DNA of 64,000 nt from Takakia lepidozioides. Its lineage: Eukaryota > Plantae > Bryophyta. The DNA lies in assembly GCA_030704615.1 (NCBI GenBank), contig CM060731.1, positions 93,744,001-93,808,000 on the forward strand, given 5' to 3'. The notes beneath the pieces are model-generated. The model had not been told where the DNA came from and searched no databases. It worked only from the letters and a program-made list of their open reading frames with translations. The position numbers were made by a program, and so were the translations under genes. How positions within the stretch are numbered: the first letter of the stretch is position 1; every line of letters begins with the position of its first letter. Shown here piece after piece: positions 12,301 to 22,703 of this stretch.

Positions 12301-12950
12301 GCGGGAAGGCATGTAACCGATTTAATTGCGAACTTGCTGTAGTCCAGCCCGGCCAGCTCCGACCGGTGTCCCTCCAGGTGAAGCCCTCGCAGAATTTCAA
12401 GAATAGATCGAACTGCGGTGCTCGTGCTGGGAATATGACTCCCTCCTCCACTGACGTCCATTGAGGACTTGCCTGATCTCCAGGACGACCTCGGAACTTC
12501 CATGACCTCGTCTGAGTCGGACAGGTTGTGAACAACCCGGTTCTCGGTCGTCTTCATGGATGGGTTCGGCTCTGGATTTACTTCGTTGCGGACTTCTCTC
12601 TTTGAGGTACCCACTCTCTGATTCGCGGATTGTTTCGTGGAAGGCGCCAGGATAGACGGTGCATTTGGCGGGCAAATGAAGTCCCCAACAGCCCTGTATA
12701 TGACGCTGTCCGATGGTGGAACTCGCCATTCCCTGCCATCGCCGAAATCATCGTGGAGCACAACAATACTCTCGACAACAAGGCCGTTTGAGTCCTTCCT
12801 TTCCTCCTCCAAAAAAACCGACCCCGGTTTCAGGTGGTATCGAACGCACAGATATTTCTCCATCACCCGGCAGGTGTCCCCTCTGCACGGAAATGAAGCT
12901 CTATGCTCGTGAGGAGGGCAGTACACTGTAGCGCTCGGGTTTTCCGCCAT
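9358..12950 (-). CDS. Mutator-family DDE transposase with GCM/WRKY-like Zn N-terminal region and C-terminal SWIM finger; 2 exons (12950-10863, 10776-9358), 1168 aa, frame intact
   Basis: The DDE motifs are MFDHIKR, FMADNAQANWAAIRRVY...SCGFHF (CxxH) and TTNMAESVHSSWR. SWIM is PTCNCTDF...PCKHLYYI. The GT-AG phase-0 intron at 10862-10777 joins YMRE|EMCL in frame. The GCM-like call (DGHPW...RYVVCAGALRC) is tentative. Confidence 0.9.
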
Positions 12951-13249
12951 GGGAGATGTGCACACAAGACTGCCAGGATGGCGTGCGGGGAAGCTCCCTG
13001 GTAGAAGGGGGTGCAGCGATGGGAATGAATGCGATGCCGATTTGTCCGAGCGACGAAGCCTGATCCAAATCCAGGGAGCCAACTATCTCAAAAATCCACA
13101 GTCAGAGTGTTAATGAACCTTGTCTCCGGAATGCGGCCCCTGGTCTTTGCGCAATAACTGCCAACGGTATGCAGTCAGAAAGTGGGGGGCCGTCCGGATG
13201 ATGACGGCTGAAGGGGAGAAGCCGGCACCGTGCCGTCACATTACTACCC

Positions 13250-15455
13250 CCGAATGGAAATTCGGCACCCAATATCCAACAGAGGAAGCCCGGATGAAGT
13301 CGCCTCGGGCGCAGAGGCCGGAGTGTGTGCGACAGAGAACATCCCCTGGATGGAGATTCGGCGCCGAATTTCCATCCGGGCCCCCCAAAGGGAGTCGTGT
13401 CGGGGGGTCAGGCCGAAAACTGGACGGCATAAAAACATCCCCAGATGGAAAAACGGCGCCGAATTTCCATCCGGGGCGGTTCGGATGCAGTCGGGGAGGG
13501 GGGAGTGGCCTGCACTTGGCCGTCACATTTCAACCCCCGGACGGAAATTCGGCACCGAATATCGAACAGGGGACGCCCGGATGAAGTCGCCTCGGGCGCA
13601 GAGGCCGGCGAGTGTGCGACAGAGAACATCCCCTGGATGGAGATTCGGCGCCGAATTTCCATCCGGGCCCCCCAAAGGAAGTCTTGTCGGGGGGTCAGAC
13701 CGAAAACTGGCCGACATAAAAACCTCCCAGATGGGAAAACGGCGCCGAATTTCAATTCGGGGCCGTTCCAATGCAGTCGGGGAGAAGGGAGAGGTCGGCA
13801 CCTGGCCGTCATATTTCAACCCCCGGGACGGAAATTCGGCACCGAATATCCAACAGAGCGGCGGAGAGGCGGCACCTCTCCGACAGAGACCATCCCCCGG
13901 ATGGAAATTCGGCGCCGAATTTCCATCCAGCAGGTAAGTGGAATCCCGGATGGATGGAGATTCGGCGCCGAATTTCCATCCAGCAGGTAAGTGGAATCCG
14001 GATGGATGGAGATTCGGCGCCGAATTTCCATCCTGCAGGTAATTCGAATCCCGGATGAATGGAAATTCGGCGCCGAATTTCCATCCAGCAGGTAAGTCGG
14101 ATCGGTGCGTATGGACATTCGGCGCCGAATTTCCATTCGCCATGTATTTCTCATCGCTCGAATTACCTTCCTGCAGGTAATTCCCAATCGATCCGGTAGG
14201 ATGGTTAATTCCTCGTCCAGAATTACCTGCACGAAGGTAATTCTGATCGACGAATTACCTGCAGGAAGGTAATCTCTCTGGAATTACCTGCACGAAGGTT
14301 ATTCCTCGCTCAAAATACTTGGCGAATGAAATTCGGCGCCGAATATCCATACGCACCGATCCGACTTACCTGCTGATGGAAATTCGGCGCCGAATTTCCA
14401 TTCATCCGGTAATTCGAATTACCTGCAGGATGGAAATTGGCGCCGATTTTCATTTATCCGGATCCCCTTACCTGCAGGATGAAATTCGGCGCCGAATTTC
14501 CATCATTCGGTATTCGAATTACCTGCATGATGAAATTCGGCACCGAATTACCTGCGTGAGGAAATTCGCGCGCCGCTCTACCTCCGCGGATGGAAATTCG
14601 GCGCCGGATTTCCATCCGAGTGCTTTCCGAATTACCTGCTTGAGGGAATTTCCAGCGCCGCCCTACCTGGCTGGATGGAAATTCGGCGCCGAATTTTCCA
14701 TCCCGAATTACCTCTGCTTGAGGGAAACTTCCAGCGCCGCACTACCTGGGGATGGAAATTCGGCGCCGGATTTCCATCCGCGTGCTTCCGAATTACCTGC
14801 GTGAGGGAAATTCGGCGCGCCGCCCTATCTCCGCGATGGAAATTCGGCGCCGGATTTCCATCCGAGCGCTTCCGAATTACCTGCTTGAGGGAAATTTCCA
14901 GCGCCGCCCTACCTGGCGGATGGAAATTCGGCGCCGGATTTCCATCCGCGCGCTTCCGAATTACCTGCTTGAGGAAAATTTCCAGCGCCGCACTACCTGG
15001 CGGATGGAAATTCGGCGCCGGATTTCCATCCGCGCGCTTCCGAATTACCTGCGTGAGGGAAATTCGGCGCGCCGCCCTATCCCGCGGATGGAAATTCGGC
15101 GCCGGATTTCCATCCGAGCGCTTCCGAATTACCTGCTTGAGGGAAATTTCCAGCGCCGCCCTACCGCCTGGATGGAAATTCGGCGCCGGATTTCCATCCG
15201 CGCGCTTCCGAGTTACCTGCGTGAGGGAAATTTCCAGCGCCGCCCTACCTGCTGGATGGAAATTCGTCGCCGGATTTCCATCCGCGCGCTTCCGAATTAC
15301 CTGCGTGAGGGAAATTTCCAGCGCCGCCCTTCCTCCGCGGATGGAAATTCGGCGCCGGATATCCATCCTGCTGCGCTCCGAATTACCTGCAGGATGGAAA
15401 TCCGGCGCCGGAATTCCATCGTGCAGCGCTCCGAATTACCTCTACGTTGGAAATT
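13250..15455. repeat. Intergenic palindrome arrays (GGAAATTCGGCGCCGAATTTCC) between the divergent genes; sub-arrays with about 96, 53 and 84 bp periods
   Basis: More than 25 copies of the 22-bp palindrome or variants, with a secondary AATTACCTGC motif. Segment 13900-14150 is mirrored at 14312-14530. Confidence 0.95.
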
Positions 15456-15668
15456 CCGGGACTGTTTACGTCGATTTTCATCCGACATGGAGGGCTTCAT
15501 CCGACATTTAATTGCGCAGTTGGGCAATAAATGTCGACGGCCGTCGGTTATTATTCGGGCTGGCGACGCATGGCTTCCTGGACACGTACCCTAAATCTCA
15601 TGCTAACTTGGCTTAACATGGTATTCAGGCATGTACCCCAAAAAAGGAGATCTTTTTGGCTGGGACTT

Positions 15669-18600
15669 ATGCCGCCTGAAGGGCGTGGCTCTCCTGAGAG
15701 AGACCTCACATCCAGACCGCGGCGGAAGTTGAAAGCTTTGTACTACGGACGACGGCCAATCTCTCGCATGGCCAAACTGAAGCTCCAGCAGGAGATTCCA
15801 GTGTCTTGCTCACAACCTGCGCAACTGAAGCCGAGTACTCTCAGGCAAGCCACTTCTGCTTTCGGTTTGTTCGATTTATTTTTTGCTTTCGCTTTGTTAC
15901 CTCGCTTTGTTTTTGCATCTTCATCCTGGCTTTGCTGTATGAGTGAACTTTAGATAGTTGAGTGAACCTTAGATTGTTTGCAATGCGTGTGCAAATCCGG
16001 CAGCTCTGGAGAAGGCTGCTTGTGCATGTCATTCTTAGGCAATGGTTGCATTTGTTTTCATTGTTGTTGCATGGCTCTCCATACTTCCTAAACTTGTTAT
16101 GTTTTCATTTTTGCTACATGATTGTTGCTATGGTGGTTGCGCTGCTCGTTGCGATGCTGCTTTTTGCACCGATGTTGTTTTCACGATTTTTGTCAATGAC
16201 AGAGTGACGACGAGCCCGGCACGCTGGTGGTATCATCGACAGCTCCAACTCATCGCATGTTTGAATCGCCCAACTTGGGGCGAGAGGGCAAACTTAAACC
16301 TTTTGTTGGTGGACAGGAGGACTTGCAACGAGATTACGACAGAGTAGGCATTGGGGAGGTTGGTGCAGGCGGCATGGCAGGTGAAGGGCGTGAGGACATG
16401 AGGACAGCAGATCCGGCAATGGAGGTTGTTCATGCACATGCAGTAGGGCCCGCCCACGCAAAGAAAAAGAAGAAAGCTAAGCACATGCAATCCCCGGCGA
16501 GAGAGCCGTCACGGGCTGCGGAGGGGGGTGAGCAGTGCGCGCGAGGGTGTCAGTTCGCCTCAATCAAAGGTGGTCGTCCTGGAGGGCTCCCCTGCTGCTA
16601 GCCCTAGTAAGAAACAGAAAGCCCGTGAGAGGGCAAAAGAGAGGGCAAAAGAACAGACGAGACAGAATGCTAGCCAGGAGGAAAGACAAAAGGCAGCTGA
16701 AGAGGCCAGGGGTGCCCAAATGACAGATGCCAATGTAAGCGAGGGACCCACAGAGACGGTGGATCCCTACAAGACACCACAGAGAGGCAGTAGCACACCG
16801 GTTAGACCATCGCGGGCAAGAGCAGCCCCCGCAATTACCCATACGGTGGAGAGTGGAGGAGAGGAAAGAACACCTGAAAGAGCACGGATTGTGCAAGTTC
16901 GAGGTGAAGCCAGGGAGAGGGCAGTAGAGACGACGAGAGTGCTGGAGGTGGTTTCGCAGGTGGCTGACCCTGTTGAGGAGGACGACATGGAGGTTTCTGA
17001 CCAGGATGACATCCTCCCGGACATCCCCAGGCCCCAAACCCGGAGCATACAGGCTGGATTTGGCGGTCCTGGTGGGCTGCCGGAAAACCCCTCTGCAGCA
17101 GACGTCATGTCTGAGGCGGATATGAAGTTGGCCGCTGCCAAGATGTTGGAGGCAACCCACAGCAACATTGGCAGGGTGCTGGGGGGCATGGTGTACCCGG
17201 CCAAGCTTCGAATTCCCCTTTGCCGCTTGGTGTCATTGCAGGTGGTGAGACCTGCCCTCCCAGGCGATATCGACAAGCTGAAATTCTCTTTCCGGGATGG
17301 ATATCGAATGGGGTCTGCCGCCTTTTACGTTTCCATTGAGAACGACCACGGAGCTTCCCGTGCCCACACTTCCGATGAGGTGGACAAATGGGGTCCCCAT
17401 TGGCAAACGCGAAATGAGGAGTTCGAGAGATCGATTGCTAGTGATCCTCTTTTCCAGCACATGTCCGGTAAGATGTTCTACGTGTGGGACGGCAATCATC
17501 GCCTCCTGGCATGGATGGAGCACATTGCCCAAGCCCACCCCAACGATCTCGATTGGCATTTCGCCGTCGATTGTGTTGTGCTGAAGGTTGCGGGGCCCAA
17601 AGATCGCAGTCTTCTCAAAGCTGCAATGGCCGACATCAACTCGTAAGCTACAACCCCTCTCGCTTTTGGACTTTGAATTTGGAAGTCATTTCATTGCGAA
17701 TCCTCATATATGATGAAAATTCCCATTTCAGTATTGTTTGATGGAAATGTGGCACTGCAGGGTGACTGAGAATGCCTTCATTGCCACCAACTTGTCCCAT
17801 ATGCTCTTCCGAGTGAAGGATGTCGGGAAGCAGGGGGTGCAAGAGTTTGCCAATTCCCTCAGTGCCGACCTCCTGCGCAAGTCGGAGGCAAAGGCAGACA
17901 GAACCTGGTATAGGCTGAGCGTCGACGCCATGGTGGACTACATATTTCGGGTAAAGCTCCTGACAGTTTTGTTGAGCTAATCTGTCTCTCCTCCCCCAAT
18001 AGAAGAAATTGTGTTGAGCAGGATCTCTAATCTTATGTGCGCATTCTTGACAGACGAAAATACAGCAGGATTTGGCACATGCACGGAGGTTCTACATGGA
18101 GTCAGAGGAGAAGAATCCAACCCTCCCGGAACTCGAATCGTATGTCAAAGCTGCGGAGGTGAGGGCCCGCATAAAGTACAAGTCGCGGATGGTAAAGTAC
18201 GTGGCCATAGCTGATCCCGCCCTTGGTGCCGACTTTCTGGTGGAGGTGGGGAAGCACTACTCTCGCGCTCTGAAGCCCACGATGACATTGGAGAAGCTCC
18301 ATCGTCTAGCCACATCCTGTGTGGATGCAACAGAAAAGGTGATACATTCTTAACAAAATTGTGGTGGCAACAACTCCTTTTTGTGGTGTTTGGCGCTTAC
18401 GAATATCCTGGGTGGTTGGACAGACCCGGTGGCTCCAAATCTGGAATGGTTCCCAAAGTACCAGGGACATGTGGAGCTTCCCCAAACCGGACAAACTCTC
18501 TGACCCCACATTCGACATGTGGATGAACCGCATGACATGGTGGTTTCAGGTACTTCCCCACGCTTCGTTTGGGGCTTCTACTCTAGTAGGGGGTGGATTC

Positions 18601-21600
18601 ATTGTATTTTTTGAGGAAAGCGATCTGATGGACAATCTCCACAGGTGACGACGAATGCGCAAGAGCAGCTGGACACACAAGCACATCAGTTCAAGATGGA
18701 GATATCTCCTGCAGCAGAGAGCCTACGTGACTATGTGACGAGGTACTTTCTGCTCTACAAAACCAACCTATTCTTTCGGGAGATAGCAGATGCTCGCCGG
18801 AGCCACGAGTTCACCGACCAGCCGAACGCGGACAAAGCAGCAATGCGCCTTCTGTACAGGTACATACGCGCTGCCTTTCTTTCAAGTCCTGGCATTTCAG
18901 GATGTTAGAGGCCTCAAGTGGTGTTAGGGAAAATGGCGCCGAATTTCCAGTCAGGGCTCCGAAAATGGCTAAGTCCCTAGACTGGCTGGCCCGGAACTGG
19001 AAATTCGGCGCCATTTTCCAGTTCCAGGCCCTATTGCCGTTCAGGGACTTAGCCATTTTCGGCCTAAGTCCCTAGACTGGCTGGCCCTGAAGTGGAAATT
19101 CGGCGCCATATTCCAGTTTTAGGCCATATTGCCGTTCAGGGACTTAGCCATTTTCGGCCTAAGTCCCTAGTGTGGCTGGCCCGGAACTGGAAATTCGGCG
19201 CCGTTTTCCAGTTCTAGGCCCTATTGCCGTCCAGGGACTTAGCCATTTTCGGGCTAAGTCCCTAGACTGGGTGGCCCTGAAGTGGAAATTCGGCGCCATT
19301 TTCCAGTTCCAGGCCCTATTGCCGTTCAGGGACTTAGCCATTTTCGGGCTAAGTCCCTAGACTGGCTGGCCCTGAAGTGGAAATTCGGCGCCATATTTCA
19401 GTTTTAGGCCCTATTGCCGTTCAGGGACTTAGCCATTTTCGGGCTAAGTCCCTAGACTGGGTGGCCCTGAACTGGAAATTCGGTGCCATTTTCCAGTTCC
19501 AGGCCGTATTGCCGTTCAGGGACTTAGCCATTTTCGGGCTAAGTCCCTAGACTGGGTGGCCCTGAAGTGGAAATTCGGCGCCATATTCCAGTTGTAGGCC
19601 CTACTGCCGTTCAGGGACTTAGCCATTTTCGGACCTCATTGTGTTTTTCATGAATGCAGGTACTGTAAGTTCTCCCTTTTGGAGAAAGGTCATTTGTCTT
19701 TTGAGCCACCATTCTTCCTGGCATGGAGGAACCCTGGGGCTGACTCCATGTACACTGACGATATTGTGAAGGAGTGGCATCTGGAACATTTGCATGATTG
19801 CCCTTGGTATGTGGACCTTCCGCCCGGCTCGCTCGACCCATCCGAGTTTCAATTGAAGCTGGATGCTAAATTCCGACGAAACCGGGCTCCGCTGCCTCCG
19901 TTGGGTGCAAAAGAGGCAAAAGCGCTTGCGAACTCCAGGAAAGCGGCAGAGCTTGCTCAGGCAGGAATTCAGGAGAAATTGCATGAGAAGAGTAAAGGTC
20001 AAAGGAAAAGGACAAGGAAACAGGTGACTGCAGTAACACCCAAAAAGAAGAAAACCATCGGGGCATCGGAGGAGGCGCAGGAGGGGACCCAAGAGAGTGA
20101 CTCCGACGCCGATTTTGTTCAAGGTCCTGCGACTGCTGTTGCTCCTACCCAGTCACCGGTCGTCCGGGTTCCCAAGTCAGTTCGGAGTGGGACTGGCTCT
20201 TCCAAGAAGTTGGCATTTGAGGGCGAGCCTACACGGCGGTATTCGGCGGTGACGTTTACGCACAGGCCAAAGCTAGAACCTCCAACCATCATCCAATGCG
20301 TCAATGAGAGCTTCCTTGACGCTCTCGCTGCCAGGGTGAAGAAGGTGGCACACAACAAGTCTCTGGCGGAGCAGAAGGGGAAAGCCAAGAAGAGGGCTGC
20401 CCGTACAGAGCCTAAAGACACCCTTGGTTTTGAAGCCATGATGGAATTCTTCACGGCTGTGAGCACGAATTGCAAGAGCACTCGGGGGGGGTTGAGGTGG
20501 AGTGAGCTTGCGACATGATTCTCCTCGACATTCCAGATGGGGAGCTGCTGGAGGGCCTGGATGGTGTGCCCACCTGGAACAGGTTTACTGAGGACTACTG
20601 GAAAGCCGGGTTTGGGCGGGCGGGGATGCTTCTGGATGACGGTGGATGTGTGGTTGTCCTTGCCACGAGAGGGAAGACCACAGAGAATGCGGTGGCAAGG
20701 TGGACACCGAAAAGTGTCACCCCAGTCCTCCTCAGAAAATGGTTCTGCATCAGTACGCAGGGGTTGCGAACAGAGGGCCAAAGTGTAAGTTATCAATCTA
20801 TTGCATTCACTTCATATTGTGGTGTATGTTAAGTAGACCCTGGAATTGATCCCTTCTTTGTTGGATGTGCAGACATTGGTGTTTGAGGCATATTGCTTTG
20901 TGAAGAGAGGGTCTACGTTCAAATTCCGCAACGACGGTCGTCTTGTTGATGCCGCTGTGGACCCTGTAACCTACGATGTCCTCTACAACTATGTGCCCCA
21001 CTCTAGTATGCCGAAGGACACAAAGACAGGCAAACCGTGGCGGTACAGCCGGACCCGGAGCCCTGCTTTCATCCAAACCCTCATGGAGACGTGCTCGGAT
21101 GTCCAAGGGCGGATTCTGGACCTCACATGCGGCACGGGTAAGCCTTCACGTGCTCAGTTTGTCCCCTGGCCCCATTGCAATTGCATGCCGCAAGCTATTA
21201 ACCGCCCGCTTTGTTCCTCAGGTGCTTCAATGTGGGCAGGGACGTTGTCCGACAGGCATGTGTTCGCCTTCGAGCCAGATACTGCCCTCCACAACTCGGA
21301 ACTTGCAGCGGCTGAACGTCTGCCGAAAGAGGAAGAGGCATCCTCGGAGGATGAGGAAAAATCCGAGAAGGAGCAGGGGGAGGAAGTTGGGATCGAGGCC
21401 GAGGAGCCCCCGGTTTACGAGTGAGTGGTGGCATTGTAAGTTGCCTCCAGATTTTGTGAGGCACCTCCCTCCGCTCTCTTATTTCATTGAAAACCATTTC
21501 TGCTTGTGCTGGTATTGACATTCTTGAAGTGGATTTGTTCTTACTGTAGGATGCCAAGTACTGCCGGAGGGACGTCTACACCGGAGTTCATGGGCAGGAG

Positions 21601-22009
21601 GAACGTGCCGTTTTTTGCCAGGGGGGATTTCATGCCTAGTCCAGAAAGGGAGTACATCCTTCCTACTTATGCTGCCCGGCTTGCTTCGGTGTCCATTAGG
21701 AGGTGTTCCGAACGTAGTCGTGTACAGCAGATTTTAGACGAGGCAAGCCTCAAGAAAATGAAGATGAGGGAGGAGGCAGCAGCTATTAGAGCCCGTCGGG
21801 CTCGTAGATTTGTGTTGGATTCTGCTGAGGAAAGTGGGGGAGAAGACGCAGAAGATTCCCAGGAGGTGAGGTGGACAGTCCCCTAAGGAGAGGACGGGAT
21901 TTTTGAGAGGCATAGTGGAACTGATGCATCACAGAGCTCGGAGGATGAGGGGGATGAGGGGGATGAGGAAGAAGGTGGGGCAAGTTCCTCGGAGGGTGTA
22001 GGAGAGTAG
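15669..22009 (+). pseudogene. Spliced ParB/Srx-like domain + beta-class N4/N6 DNA methyltransferase-like fusion gene (subfamily B), disrupted
   Basis: ParB-like IPLCRLVSLQVVRPALPGDIDKLKFSF...FYVWDGNHRLLAW (about 17213-17515). MTase-like DMILLDIPDG (about 20527), LLDDGGCVVV, and RSPAFIQTLMETCSDVQGRILDLTCGT|GASMWAGTLSDRHVFAFE. GT-AG introns at about 17643-17760, 17950-18052, 18339-18423, 18551-18644, 18859-19659, 20785-20872, 21138-21221 and 21421-21549. Frameshifts at about 16525 and 20490; stop at 21884. The start codon is tentative. Confidence 0.85.
18930..19632. repeat. Intronic 95-bp tandem repeat (7 units), each with a B palindrome plus a second inverted repeat
   Basis: GGAAATTCGG at 18999, 19094, 19189, 19284, 19379, 19474 and 19569. 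Each unit carries AGGGACTTAGCC-N7-GGCTAAGTCCCT or a variant. Confidence 0.96.
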
Positions 22010-22253
22010 TGCCCATTCCGGCTATGACAGTTAGAACACACTTGTATAGACGTGGCTTGCCACAAAATTTGCAATAAAATGTTGCATTTCAAGTCCACTG
22101 GTGCCACATTCCAACTTCACATGACCCTATTTCCGTGCCTCCTAACCCTATTTCCGTGGACTCACAATGGTCTGCTCATGCTTTTTTTTTTTCCGCTCAT
22201 GTTCATGCCGCTCATGCTCATGCCGCTCATGAAATAGCAGCCCCCACCGCGAC

Positions 22254-22648
22254 TCATCACCGGGAGTCGAGGGTGTTCGTGGTGGTTCGCCATAAAATGG
22301 CATGGCTGTTTGTGAAACCCCCGCGGACAGCTACAGAAGTATATATAGGGGAGTAGTAACCCCGAGAACGGTGCAAGCCCGTTGGTAACCAAAAACTAGT
22401 GAGTAAGTGAGCGAGCCGGAAAGCGACCAAAGAGTGGGGAGATGTTCTGGACTACCAACTACCAAAGGGAAATCCGCTGGTTCCAAATCGTTGGAGGGTT
22501 CTTTGGGAGATCAAAGGGGGACCATTATGCCCCGGTGAGCAGCCGGAGCTCCAAGTTGGCCCGGCGGCCAGGTTGGGAGTTAGGCGCACGCATCAAGCGA
22601 GTAACTATGACTTTGAGGGGGGAGCTTACCAAAGTGAGGTGCGCGACA
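22254..22648 (+). repeat. 5' LTR, second part
   Basis: Matches the reverse complement of about 44234-44597. It has TATATATA at about 22340 and ends in CA two bases before the PBS. Confidence 0.92.
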
Positions 22649-22650
22649 CT

Positions 22651-22662
22651 TGGTATCAGAGC
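22651..22662 (+). promoter_or_regulatory. Primer-binding site for initiator tRNA-Met
   Basis: TGGTATCAGAGC immediately after the LTR. Confidence 0.95.
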
Positions 22663-22703
22663 ATAGAGTTCAGTACGCGATCGTCCTTGGGATTGGCCTC
22701 ATC

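Larger units (their letters stand above)
7858..22244. mobile_element. Full-length Mutator-like DNA transposon (14,387 bp, subfamily B) with transposase and ParB-methyltransferase cargo gene
   Basis: The 9-bp TSD CACCGCGAC lies at 7849-7857 and 22245-22253; the empty site is visible in the LTR copy at about 44590-44615. Imperfect TIRs are GAGGTTTGCTATTTCATGAGCATGAGCGGCATGAGC and GCTCATGCCGCTCATGAAATAGCAGCCCC. Confidence 0.95.

Noticed and set aside
11664-12464. Antisense ORFs over the transposase and other genes (also 37388-38514, 53171-53764)
   Set aside because: They are shadows of real coding frames on the opposite strand, with no recognisable motifs.
13120-15594. Many long ORFs (MEIRRRISI / GNSAPNFH / WKFGAEFP repeats)
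   Set aside because: They are translations of the palindromic array and are open on both strands. The same applies to ORFs at 1-1437, 8721-9380, 33311-34519 and 39821-40857.
20515-21290. Eukaryotic C5 cytosine methyltransferase (MET1/CMT/DRM) or METTL3-like enzyme
   Set aside because: There are no PC or ENV motifs and no DPPW. Motif order and spacing fit beta-class amino-MTases.
15669-22009. Bacterial or phage contamination as the source of the ParB-MTase gene
   Set aside because: It has multiple GT-AG introns at conserved positions across subfamilies and lies inside a MULE with a TSD, nested in a plant retrotransposon.
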